Translations under genes and position numbers: made by a program | In this document: one piece after another, positions 12,873 through 24,816 of the stretch | Numbering within the stretch: the first letter of the stretch is position 1 | Layout: each line of letters starts with the position of its first letter | Origin: Botryllus schlosseri | Taxonomy: Eukaryota | Length of the DNA stretch: 64,000 nucleotides | NCBI GenBank assembly: GCA_051294905.1 | Contig: CM119371.1 | Span: forward strand, 31,930,001-31,994,000 | Direction of reading: 5' to 3' | The notes under the pieces: model-generated | What the model was told of the DNA's origin: nothing | What the model saw: only the letters and a program-made list of their open reading frames with translations | The model's database searches: none

Positions 12873-14183
12873 CATTTGGTATTAAACCATATTCTCTTTG
12901 ATCCTAATTTCCGTGACGTTGAAGAAAAGGCTGTTGTATTGAATCGTATGGATGTCACAGACGCAAATCCTTCTTTCCGAGTAAAGAATTGTGGATCTGA
13001 TTCACAACATGATGAACGTTCCAGTGAAAATATCTGCGAGATCTGCGGAAAAGGATTTCCCACAAAGTGTAGAATGAGGCTACATATGAAACTTCACACA
13101 GGAGAGAAGGAATTTGAGTGTAACATATGCGGTAAAAGATTTTTGTGGAGGTCTGGTCTAGTTGGTCATTCACCAGTCCACACGGGAAAGAAAGACTGCG
13201 AGTGTGATATATGTGGGAGGCCATTCAGCAACAAATCCAGTATGAGAATACACAGGAAAATTCACATCGGAATTAAAGAGTTCAAATGCGATATATGTGC
13301 GAAAACCTTCATCGACAATTCCAGACTTACACAACATATGGAAGGTCATGCCGGTTATGAAGTTTCTGTAATCAGCATTTGCAGGAAAAGTGCTGTTCGA
13401 AGGACTCGACTAATGTGTGATGTATGCGAAAAGCCATTCCTCAGCAAATGCAATATGCGAAGACACATGAAAATTCACATCGGATATAAAGAGTTCAAGT
13501 GCGATATATGTGGCAAACGATTCATTGAGAAAAAAGATATGATAAATCACAAAAAAATTCATGCGAAATTGAAAATTCACGTCGGATTTCAAAAGTTTGA
13601 GTGCAAAATATGTGCGAAGTCATTCACCAAAATACAATACATGAAAAATCACATGAAAATTCACATCGAATTGAAGGAGTTTGAATGCGGCATATGCGGG
13701 AAGAGATTTAGGCAACGGGGTGAGGTTGAATATCATTTTCTCGCCCACATGGGTATCAAAAACTATAAATGTGATGTATGTGCGAATGCATTCATCACAA
13801 AATCTGAACTAAGAAGACACTTGAAATTCCATGACGGAGTGAAGGAGTTTGGTTGTGATGTGTGCGGCAAAGGTTTTGTAACAAAAGGTCACTTGAGGAG
13901 ACATTATTTGATTCATACCGGAGCGAAATTTCACAACTGTCATATATGCGGATTGGGTTTTGGACAGAACCATCATCTCAAACGTCATTATTTGACTCAT
14001 ACCGACAAGAAGGAATATAAGTGTGACATTTGCGGAAAAGGCTTCAGAGAAAAATCTGATTTGAAATGCCATTTGTGGACTCACTCAAACAAAAAGAAAG
14101 ATTTGCCAACATGTGACATTTGCGGTAAGGGATTCAGTAGTAGATCATACATTAGAAGACACATGAAGAAGGTCCATTTATAA
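12873..14183 (+). CDS. Z3: intact C2H2 zinc-finger protein exon, 13 fingers plus one degenerate finger
   Basis: Open frame from acceptor tttcag (ends 12872) through ATG 12948 to TAA 14183; 13 CxxC...HxxxH motifs; no KRAB/ZAD/BTB seen. Confidence 0.9.
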   Translation, partial: HLVLNHILFDPNFRDVEEKAVVLNRMDVTDANPSFRVKNCGSDSQHDERSSENICEICGKGFPTKCRMRLHMKLHTGEKEFECNICGKRFLWRSGLVGHSPVHTGKKDCECDICGRPFSNKSSMRIHRKIHIGIKEFKCDICAKTFIDNSRLTQHMEGHAGYEVSVISICRKSAVRRTRLMCDVCEKPFLSKCNMRRHMKIHIGYKEFKCDICGKRFIEKKDMINHKKIHAKLKIHVGFQKFECKICAKSFTKIQYMKNHMKIHIELKEFECGICGKRFRQRGEVEYHFLAHMGIKNYKCDVCANAFITKSELRRHLKFHDGVKEFGCDVCGKGFVTKGHLRRHYLIHTGAKFHNCHICGLGFGQNHHLKRHYLTHTDKKEYKCDICGKGFREKSDLKCHLWTHSNKKKDLPTCDICGKGFSSRSYIRRHMKKVHL

Positions 14184-15979
14184 GCAAAAGACTACAGCTG
14201 TAATATATGCGGTAAAGGTTATGTGAAAGTCTTGGTTAGAAAATCATCATTCCAACAACACGTAAATGAAATATCACTGCTTTGTATGAGCGAGACGATT
14301 CAATATAAATTTAAACTTGAAGACACAACAGAATTCATGTGAAAATGAAAGTGCTCTATATCAGGAGCTCTGATCGTCATTACCGGTCAGCAACGGCTTT
14401 TCTGCTGCTCCGCCAAACATTTGGTAATTTTATACATTAGTTGCAATACACAAGGAGTTGAAGTCTTGTCAATTGATAGAAAAGTAAAACATCCAATTTC
14501 TAACTGATTTGAAATCTCGCCAGTTCCGTAATTTCCAAAATTACGACGTAAGACTAGGTATTGTAAATAACATGTTCCATTTGGCTTGACGTTCCTACAG
14601 TCTTCGTTTAAGACATGCGAATTGTGAGCGTCAACTTTCGACGAGGCTCACGGAGTCGCGCAGTTTATATGATCATTCGATAAAGCTGTTTGTTGATAGT
14701 TTGGTTGGTGTTGCCAGCTATTTTTGTGTGACACATTGTATCCGTACTATGAGTTAGTAGTGGGAAAAGCAAGCACGACAAGTGGTTTGATCCAACTCCG
14801 AAACGCTTCTTCTTTTGATATTGTCAAGGAGACGGATCTTCGCGATAGTGTAATCCAGTGGAACTCGACCGGTGTGCCGTGGCACTACACGTCTCAGGAT
14901 TTCGCTCAATTGGTGATGGGGCATGGATAGCTGTGGCATAGATCTGCATTAATAGGTTGTATTTGAGGAATTCAAACGCTCAAAATCATTTAGTAATTAG
15001 TGATGACCCCAACGCTATAGCCAGCGCGAATATAGTCTTACAGGGACATCATACTTTTTGAAATTTACGTTATTATCAGGTCTCGGAATTCAAAACAGCT
15101 CACTACGCCTTGCCGGCACGATAGTCTAGTGGTGAGAGACGTGAAATTATACCCGATCAATCCAGGTTCAATTCTAGCAAAAGTCGCTTTTGATAATAAT
15201 GTGGCATTTGGCGTCATATGGGTGTGGCAATTAAGAAGTCGTGGCATAATATGATTGGGTGCCACAGAATCAGGTCCTCTCACTGTAGCAAAGTTCGATA
15301 TTGCTACCAAAGAAATAATCTGTTATATATGTGAGACCCTTTTCAGCTGTAAAAGTGATGTCTTGGCATATGACATTGTGGTAACACTGAAGTGGTTGTT
15401 GCACGATTTATGTAAATGTATATAAAATCTGCCGCAGCTTTGTATTGCTACGATGCCAATAAACATTGATAGCACGCACACGCATCTTAAGGCGGACTAA
15501 GGTGTAAGCATGATTTGTGCACCCATATGAAAGATTTCTTCCTTTTCAAATATACATGAGAATTGTTAGATACTTTCAAAATTTTCACACAGCGTTTGCT
15601 TATGGGTATTTATCATTAACTATGAAGGAATAGTTGTGTAATTCAATATGGCATAGTGATGTACGTTGTTTGTAATTCATGCATTGTTATCAAGACCATT
15701 CTACAGAGCTGTCAAATCTTCGGCTTATGACCCGAATGTGGCTCTTTGACTGGTTTCATGTCGCTCTTCAATCAAAAATTTCATTTCCATTGTTTTCAAC
15801 TCTGTAACTTTATCAATGACGGATATCATTGTATGATCATTGCTCACTTGAAATATTCTCACGTCGTGAATATCTATACCGATATCAGATTCGAGAACTC
15901 AAAAAGGAGTCCTGAATCAATTGTAGCGATTCGAATTGAGTAGTGACAATTGAGTTTTTCGATTTGATTAAAATATTCG

Positions 15980-16200
15980 CAGTGGACATGGTAGAAATAA
16001 TTTAATAAATTTGTAGTACAAGAGAGATACTTTCCTACATTCTTAGGTAGAAAGTACACGTCCTTACTAAGAAGCTTGCCAAGTACGCTCAACAGCAGTA
16101 GTTGTGGGCTGACAACACTCAAATTGTGCGTACACTGCTGGTGACACACCGTATTGCTTCATCACAATTTTTCATCATGCGCTTCTTAATATAAGAGTGA
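15980..16200 (-). mobile_element. Possible decayed hAT transposase C-terminal dimerisation segment
   Basis: Minus-strand frames give CCQPTTTAVERT followed, after a frame change, by LGKLLSKDVYFLPKNVGKY, resembling the hATC P-x-S-x-x-VERxFS motif. Recognised by eye only. Confidence 0.4.
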
Positions 16201-16956
16201 TGCAATGCCCACGAATTCTTTCTTCAGTTAGGATATTGCGTTCCGTTGACCATAACATCATGTCTACCTATTTGTCTCATTTGAATGTCTACGCTTCACA
16301 ATGAGCAGACAATGATCCATATACAACGGTAGTCCTATAAAGTAGGCTAAAAACTGTAAAATGTCAAACGATAAGTTCACAGACAGTGCAAAATCTACGA
16401 TACAAACGAAATGCAGACGTCAAAAAAAACTTTATGAAAACTATTAAAAAATTTTGACGTGTCAAAAAAAAAGCCCTAATCATAAGTCATACCGGAATAT
16501 TTGATTCGAAGGTAATATTACTCTCGGAATCCAAACACTTGTATACTTTATTTTACCCAGCCATTGCCACCTGGCCTTATTGAACTTTGTCCTAAATGTG
16601 AACAGTGAATCTATAACGTAGTCTCTGTATGATCGCAACTCCTCATTAATTTAGATGATGAACATTTCTTAATTCCCCCTGGTCGCGAAAATGCATCTAG
16701 GTATTCGAACTACTTAATTGAGTACTTTTCACAGCTTAATCTTTCTACTGCTCTTTTATGTAGTTTTGGCATGCTTTAGAAATTGCAACTTACACTTAGA
16801 GTAGATGTTCACAATATTGGTGGTACTGCTACTTGTGTACCAACAATGAATACTTTATCAAAGATCTCATGCCATCATTCTGCCTCAACTAGTTTTGCTA
16901 TGATTGCTGTCATTTGAAATCTGTTTTAAACGCTGTAATCTTTTTAAAAATTTCAG

Positions 16957-17904
16957 CACTCAGTCAAAAACCATATTAGTCCTAATATTTATCACGGAGA
17001 TGTTAAGGAAAGTGCCGCTGTATTGAATCATATGGACGTCACAGACGAAAATCTTTCTTGTGGAGTAAGCGCTGGCGGTGCCGATTCAAAACGCCATGAC
17101 AGCTGCGGTGAAAATATTTGCGAGGTCTGTGGAAAAGAATTGAAAAGCAAATCTCATGTTGGACGCCATATGAAAATTCACACAGGGATTAAAAAGTTTG
17201 AGTGTGACATATGCGGTAAAAAGTTTTTGCGGAGGGCTCACCTAGTTCTTCATTCTCCATTCCACACAGGAATGAAAGACTACAAGTGTGATGTCTGCGA
17301 AAAGTCATTCAGCAACAAATCGAACATGAGAAATCACATGAAAATTCACGTCGGATTTAAAGAGTTTGAGTGTGATATATGTGCAAAGTCATTCACCAAC
17401 AAACATAAAATGATAGATCACCTGAAAATCCACGTCGGATTTGAAGAGTTTGAGTGTGATATATGTGCGAAGCCATTCTTCCACAAACATCACATGATAG
17501 ATCACATGAAAATTCACGCCGAATCGAAAGAATTTGAATGCTACATATGTGGAAAATCATTCATCGCAAAATCTGAACTGAAAATTCACATTAAATTTCA
17601 TGACGGAGTTAAAGAGTTTCTGTGTGCTGTATGTGGTAAAGGTTTTGTAACAATAAGTAATTTAAGAAGACATTATTTGATTCATACCGGAGCGAGAGAT
17701 TACCAATGTCATATATGCGGAAAAGGTTTTGGACGGAAAGGTCATCTCAAATATCATTATTTGACTCATACCGACAAGAAGAAATATAAGTGCGACACTT
17801 GCGGTAGAGGCTTCGATCAAAAGTTTGAACTGAAACGTCATTTTTCGACTCATACCAACAAAAAGGAATACATGTGTGACATTCCGTTGAAGATCATACA
17901 TTGA
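16957..17904 (+). CDS. Z4: C2H2 zinc-finger protein exon, 9 fingers; tenth finger broken by a 14-nt deletion
   Basis: Acceptor tttcag ends 16956, ATG 17032; tgtgacatt|ccgttg lacks the tgyggyaagggatt present in paralogs (ATT microhomology). Confidence 0.8.
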   Translation, partial: HSVKNHISPNIYHGDVKESAAVLNHMDVTDENLSCGVSAGGADSKRHDSCGENICEVCGKELKSKSHVGRHMKIHTGIKKFECDICGKKFLRRAHLVLHSPFHTGMKDYKCDVCEKSFSNKSNMRNHMKIHVGFKEFECDICAKSFTNKHKMIDHLKIHVGFEEFECDICAKPFFHKHHMIDHMKIHAESKEFECYICGKSFIAKSELKIHIKFHDGVKEFLCAVCGKGFVTISNLRRHYLIHTGARDYQCHICGKGFGRKGHLKYHYLTHTDKKKYKCDTCGRGFDQKFELKRHFSTHTNKKEYMCDIPLKIIH

Positions 17905-18895
17905 AGTACACATGTAGAAGTTCCACTTGGAAACAAAAGAGTACGAGTGTGATATATGCGGAAAAGGTTTTGTGAGAAAGTCTTGGTTACAAAATATTAT
18001 AATATCCTCACTTGATTGAAAAACCACTGTTAAGTATGTGGCAGACGATTTAAGGTTTTGTTGAGATATCAGTTAATGACCTAGTAAAGTAGATTTCATC
18101 ACTGTCATGGCTCATGAGTGTAATTGTCTTGGATGAAACTCTGTAATATGAATTTGACAGAGTGTTTTTTTACTAATTGCACCTACAGTGAATTTCATCA
18201 GCATTATTCATTGCTTACTGGTCTCTAAGATGCATCTGCCATACTGTTTGCTTACTTTTTAGCCTACTTCTCTTACCTTGTTTTTTTTTACTTCAAATAG
18301 GTTTGGCAGGATGTGTAAATTGCTAATTTTCTTTCAATTTTTAGAAATTCGTGGTGTTGGTTCTACTTCTTCTTCCATACCAGCAATGACTAATTTGACT
18401 TGTTCTAAGTATGTTGTATGTAAAACAGTGATCCTCTGATTTGAAAAGCTACTTATCATGAATTATTCTATTGAAAATTTTGCAAACAACATTCAATCGA
18501 CTCTAACATCTGAAAAAAAGTGCTATAGCGTAGTGTTGGTCTAGAAATACGAAATTATTTTGGATGAAGTGTAACTAGCATCATTTTCCCTAAATCCGCA
18601 AAAAGATGGTTATTCAAACGTTTCAAATCAAAATAAGTGTACAAATTTTGTTATATAATAGGTTGTACTGGAATATTTGATTCAAAGTTAATACTTGTAT
18701 TTGTCACGTATTCGAATAATTTAGGTACTCTACTTTATGGCATATACTCTGTATGATTATAACCTTTCGTTATTTCGAAAGATGCACGTTTTTTAATTCC
18801 TCGCTGCTCACGAAGATGCATCTAGTTATTCAGATAACTTCATTGATTACTTGTTACACTCTTATTTTACTACTGCGTCTTCTTGTAGTTCTGGC

Positions 18896-19404
18896 TGGGG
18901 CTGGGCAAAATCGAGTTCCTAAGTGATTTGATTTCGAATCAAGTAATATGCTTTGAGTCGAGTAATCGAGTATCACTCATTATGACGACATAACAGGATA
19001 AAAATGTCTAAGCTCAAATATGTACCTTTTATGCAACCACAAAGAATATAATGCCTTTTATCCATCACATTAAAGATAGTTTGGTATTTTTGCGACCATA
19101 CCGATTTCATTGCAATTGGTGACAATGTTGTGGGATGGCCATGACTTCTGAAGTGTGCTATTTCCAGTAACGTTTGTACATTGTACTATATGTTTCGTAT
19201 GCTACGATATGGGCAATCAAGGTTTCAAGGCTTCAACAGTGAATATTAGTATCTAAACTATAATTCCGTTGATAAATTAACTTTCAGTTGCAAGGGGCGT
19301 ATATTTGTGGTACACGAAAAAATCGTCTTTTACTACTCGGCTCGAATCAATAAAATTAATTCTCATTTCATACTCAAGTACTTGAATCATTTTGCCCAGC
19401 CCCC
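18896..19404. mobile_element. hAT-type MITE (GGGGCTGGGCAAAAT TIR)
   Basis: ggggctgggcaaaat / attttgcccagcccc; flanks gttctggc and gttatggc (7/8 TSD); paralogous sites read tgtagttttggcatgct uninterrupted. Confidence 0.85.
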
Positions 19405-19707
19405 GTTATGGCATGCTAGTAGATTGCTACTTCCACTTTAAAATTTGTTGAAATTCAAAATATTGGCGGTACTGCTTCTTGTGTGCCAGCAATGACTACT
19501 TTTTCGATAATCTTGTGCCATCATTCTGGTTCAAGTAGTTTTAATATGCTCTGAAAATCGCTATTTAAATTTGTCAATGAGTAAAAATTCACAATAATAC
19601 TAGTTCTGTTTGTACTTGAAGATTGTTTTGACCACCTTTGGCTATGCTTTGCATCGAATAGTTCTGCGGTTTAAAATGCTGCTTTTCACGCTGTAATCTT
19701 TTATCAG

Positions 19708-21036
19708 CACATTGTCAAAAACCATAATATTCCTAATATTTATCACTGCGATGTTAAGGGAAAGGCTGATGTATTAAGTCATATGGACGTCACAGACACA
19801 AGTCCTTCATGTGCAGTAATAACTGGCGGAGCCGATTCAAAACGTCATGGTGGCTCCGGTGAAAATATTTGTGAGGTTTGTGGAAAAGGATTCAAAAGCA
19901 AATCTCGTGTCGGACGCCACATGAAAATTCACACGGGGATGAAAAACTTTGAGTGTGACATATGCGGGAAGAAGTTTTTGCTGAGGGATCACCTAGTTCG
20001 TCATTCTCCATGCCACACGGGAAAGAAAGACTACAAGTGTGATGTATGTGAGAAGCCATTCAGTCATAAATCGAGCATGATAAATCACATGAAACTTCAC
20101 GTCGAATTTAAAGAGTTTGCGTGTGATATATGTGCGAAACCATTAATCAACAAACATCAGAAGATAGCTCACATGAAAGTCCATGCTGAAATCAAAGAGT
20201 TTGAATGCGACATATGCGGGAAAAGATTTGTGAGAAGGTCTCAGCTAAAAGTTCATTCTTCCACCCACACTGGTATAAAAGACTATAAGTGCGATGTATG
20301 CGAGAAGACATTCATCACAAAATCCCACATGAGAAATCACATGAAAATTCATGTCGGATTGAAAGAGTTTGAGTGTGAAATATGTGGCAAAAAGTTTTTC
20401 ACGAGATCCAACCTAGTTAGTCATTCTCAATTCCACAAGGTAAAGAAGGAATTTGAGTGTGATGTATGCGAGAAGCAATTCAGCCTCAAATTAAACATGA
20501 CAAATCACATGAAAATTCATATCGGATTGAAAGAGCTGAAGTGCGATATATGTGCGAAACCATTCTTATACAAACGTAACATGACAACTCATATGAAAAT
20601 GCACATCGAATTGAAAGAATTTGAATGTGACATATGCGGTAAAAGATTTGTGGAACGGGATAAGCTGAAATATCATTTTACTGCCCACATGGGAATCAAA
20701 AACTATCAATGTGATGTATGCGGGAAAACATTCATCACAAAGTCTGAACGGAGAAGTCACTTGAAATGTCATGAAGCGAAAAAGTTTATGTGCGGTGTGT
20801 GCAGAAAAGGTTTTGCAACAGAAAGTCATTTGAGAAGACATTATTTGGTTCATACCGGAGCGAAAGATTACGAATGTCATATATGCGGGAAGGGCTTTGG
20901 ACTAAAAGCTCATCTGAAACGTCATTATTTGATACATACCGGGGTGAAAAATTATGAATGTCATATATGCGGAAAGGGTTTTGGACTGAAATCTCATCTT
21001 GAACATCATCATTTGACTCATGCTGACAAGAAGTAA
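19708..21036 (+). CDS. Z5: C2H2 zinc-finger protein exon, 14 fingers
   Basis: Acceptor ttttatcag ends 19707, ATG 19783, 417-aa ORF, TAA 21034-21036. Confidence 0.9.
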   Translation, partial: HIVKNHNIPNIYHCDVKGKADVLSHMDVTDTSPSCAVITGGADSKRHGGSGENICEVCGKGFKSKSRVGRHMKIHTGMKNFECDICGKKFLLRDHLVRHSPCHTGKKDYKCDVCEKPFSHKSSMINHMKLHVEFKEFACDICAKPLINKHQKIAHMKVHAEIKEFECDICGKRFVRRSQLKVHSSTHTGIKDYKCDVCEKTFITKSHMRNHMKIHVGLKEFECEICGKKFFTRSNLVSHSQFHKVKKEFECDVCEKQFSLKLNMTNHMKIHIGLKELKCDICAKPFLYKRNMTTHMKMHIELKEFECDICGKRFVERDKLKYHFTAHMGIKNYQCDVCGKTFITKSERRSHLKCHEAKKFMCGVCRKGFATESHLRRHYLVHTGAKDYECHICGKGFGLKAHLKRHYLIHTGVKNYECHICGKGFGLKSHLEHHHLTHADKK

Positions 21037-21746
21037 TATAAGTGCAACATTCGCGGAAGAGGCTTCGGACAAAAGTTTGAATTGAAACGGTATTTCTGAA
21101 CTCGCACCAACAAAAAATGAACATGCATGTGACATTTGCGGTAAGGAATTCCGATGGAGATCATACATTGAAGTAGACATAAAGAAGGCTCACTTGTGTA
21201 AGCAAAATAGTACGAGTGTGATATATGTGAGAAAGTTTTGAGAAAAGTCTTAGTTAGAAAATTATTAAACATGTGGGACACGATTCTCTAAATCCAATAG
21301 CTCATATATGAGATATTGACCAGCCCTAGTAGCCACCACAATGTGAGTGAGGCTGTATATGCCAGTATCTATTAGTATTTACTGCTCAAATTTTATCCAA
21401 AATATGTACAACGGAGATGATGCTTGTGTACTCTATGATAACGCCAGAAAAGAATTAAACAATTAAGACCCGCTAAACGTTTGAGAGCTGTGTTCCAGAC
21501 AGGGGGCATCATTGCATATATGTGACGAAATAGGTTTAAAAATAACGATTTCCCTATATATCTGCTATGTTCTGGTAATATTCGAAAAATCCGTTTAAAT
21601 ATGAAGAAGGAAAACACAACGTTCTGCTACTTTTGGTATGTATTGTGCGAACCTTGATATTTCAGAGGTTTGTGTTTGGAAACCAACGTTTGGATGTTCT
21701 AGGCCTACTCTATATTGTACAGGACAGGTACATTCCTCTTTAATAG

Positions 21747-22530
21747 CACATTTTTTCACGGCGACGTTAAAGAAAAGGCTGTTGTATTTAATCTTATGAA
21801 TGTCACAGGCACAAATTCTTCTTGCCGAGTAAGAAATGGCATAGCTCATTCACAACATCATGATAGCTGCAGCGAAATTATTTGCGAAGTCTGCGGAAAA
21901 GGATTCAAATGTAAGTCTTACATGGAACGCCATATGATAAGTCACACTGGAGTAAAAACGTTTGGATGTGATATATGTGGGATAAGATATGCACAAAGGT
22001 CGGCCTCAACTGTTGATTTCCATATGGAAATGAAAGACAATACTTGCGATCGGTGCAGGAAACCGTTCCGCATCAAGTCCGACATGAGAAGACACATGAA
22101 AATTAACATTGGATTTAAAGAGTTTGAGTGCAATATATGTGCATGTCACTTATGTCCCACATGAGATCTCATTTTACCTCCAATACAAGAATTAAAAAAA
22201 ACATAAGTGTGATGTATGTGGAAAACGATTTGTCAACAAATCCGTTGTGAGAGAACACATGCAAATTCATGAAGTTGTGAATGAGTTTGAGTGCAGTATA
22301 TGTAATAAAGGTGGTGTAACAAAATAGGATTTGGAGAAACAATTTATGATACATGCCAGAGCCAAAAATGACGACTGTCATATATGCGGAAAAAGTTTTA
22401 GACAAAAGGGTCAATTGAAATGTGATTATTAGATTCACACCCACGTGAAAGAACACAAGTACGACATTTGTGGTAAAGCAAAAGAGTATGAGTGCAATAT
22501 ATGCGGGAAAGCTCGCCTTAAAAACCAATA
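21747..22530 (+). pseudogene. Z6: degraded ZF cassette
   Basis: Leader GDVKEKAVVFNLMNV and first fingers recognisable; later fingers have lost Cys/His and contain frameshifts and stops. Confidence 0.85.
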
Positions 22531-23959
22531 TGTCATCCACTTTTGGTGAAATACCAATGCAAAGTGTATGATAAATCATTCAATTACAAATCCAACTCGA
22601 AAAAACACATCTATATTGATGCGAAGTAAAATAGTGTTCTCGCAGTAAACGCGGGAGATATATGGCACCATTTTGAACAGTAGAAGTGATGTTAGGCAAA
22701 TCAAGTTGTGGTAACACTGAAACGATTGTTGCACAATTGTTGAAAATGTATTTGACGTCTGCCACAGCTTTGAATTTTGTGATGGCAATAACCATTAACC
22801 CTTTTGAAATCTGGGGCCTCTGGTGGCTTCGGCCAACTTCATCTGGTCATATCTTGGCTCGTATACGTCCTAGAGGCCTCATATTGGTCTGTACGAAAAG
22901 CTAGCAATCTTCTGATTTATATGATACCTAATTCGAAGGTATAAGACATGTCAATTTTCGCGTACCGACGATCTTACATGAGGTGTTTGGCCGAAAATAC
23001 GCATGCATAAAAAAGTGGTTATCACGCAAAATTTCCAGATATTTTCCGAGTGGGGAATATAGTCAGCAATTCTGCCAGAACATCGGAAGTGGACTTGTAC
23101 GGTATTCTGTGTAATTTTTCACCGTTTCAAACATCAAACCTTGTTGTGGGATGTTTTCTGAGGGGTTTGGTAATTGTGGTCACGCTTCGGTGATTTTCAA
23201 GAACATATTCAAGTTCAAGTCCAAGTTTGTGACGGAATATGAGTCATAAACTGGTTTACTATGGATGCAAATGGTTGGGTATGACAAGAGAAAGTATTCT
23301 GCGTTGATTCAGGCAATAAACTGGACGTTAGGGGTCCGATTTGGTATTTATCTTGAACTTGACCATTATGACCACTCACTGACCACGCCCATATGTAAAT
23401 TTTTCATGTATTTTGGATTTTCCGATATCTGGAGAGCCGCGCGGTTAACGGCCATGGTTGACGGCTTGTTCGAAACCTGGCAACGGCGGCTACGCACTGA
23501 AGCATCATTTTTAATTCTCAGGCGCCATCCTGGGGGAATGCATTGGAAAATGAGATAGAGAGAGAGATTTTTTAGAGAAATGTTTTGTTTATTTAGTCCT
23601 ATAAAAAAAACTAGACATGTCATGGGGTGCCGATCGATGGCGGAAACGGTAGAGAGCTATACTCCGCCCACTTTTAAACTGGAACAGACCAGATTCAAGT
23701 CTCGGTGAGGTCACGGTATGAATTTGAAAAGTGATGGTCAGTTTCGCGAAAACTGACCCGATTTCAAAAGGGGTAAGAGCATGCTACTAGAGGCGGATTC
23801 GAGAGCAAGCGTGATTTATGCACCCGTATGAAAGATGTACGCTATTTCCTTTTCAAATCCACATTTGGATTGTGAGATATTTTCAAAATTTACTCACAGT
23901 GTTTGCTAATGTGTATTTTTCAGTCTATTTGTAGGATTAGATCATTAATCATTATATAC

Positions 23960-24384
23960 GGGTTACACGGAGAATATATAAGTTACACAAAAATATTATA
24001 AGAATCTGTGGTCGTACTGCTGTGCCACTTCTGACACAAAAGGTCCCCGGCGTGCAGAGACACCCGAATCCCGATTTAATAACGGCACACCACATTCAAA
24101 TGTCAGAGTTCATGGTTGAATCTCACGTATTCCTCACAACACATACGCATTCGACTGAATCCAACTTATATCGCCGTTAGCGCCACTGTTTTAGTTGATC
24201 ATGTCTGCCAATCACGGTTTTGGTGCCAATTCTATTATTCGCAAAAATCGTATTTCTAGAACAGTACCCTGTTCAAGTAAAAACATGGGCATGAGGAAAC
24301 ATTTAGAGTCGTATAATTGGTCCGGCCCGCGAGCGATCGCAAGTTGAATCCGGTCCGCGACGCAATTTGAGTTTGACAGCACTG
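23960..24384. mobile_element. Right part of the hAT element also present at 29324-30169
   Basis: Aligns with 29700-30169, ends gtttgacagcactg followed by atatagac (TSD variant). Confidence 0.75.
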
Positions 24385-24816
24385 ATATAGACTCTGCATG
24401 TGCATAAACGATTTGAAATTCCGTCTTGGTCACAAAGATGCATGTAGCTATTCAGACTACACATTTGCGTACTTGTCACACCCGAATATTTCAACTGCTC
24501 TTTTATATGCAACAGTTTCGTCATTCTTTGGACATTGCTACTTCCAATTTTAGTAGAGTATAAATTCACAATATTGGTGGTACGACTATTTGTGTGCCAA
24601 CAATGACTACTTTGTTGATCACTTCGTACCATCATTGTGCTTCAATTAGTCTTGGAATGCTTTGAAAATTGCTATTTTAACTTGAAAATATGAAAAAATT
24701 CACAACGATATAAGTTCTTGTGAAAGATTGTTTTGACCACCTTTGGCTATGCTTTTTAGCGAATAGTCAACTTCTGCGATTTGAAAAGCTGCTTTTCACG
24801 CTGTAGTATTTTTTAG

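Noticed and set aside
8393-14930. Similar short ORFs QLRNASSFDIV at 8393-8629 and 14724-14930
   Set aside because: Explained by the Z2/Z3 segmental duplication; starts and ends are not conserved.
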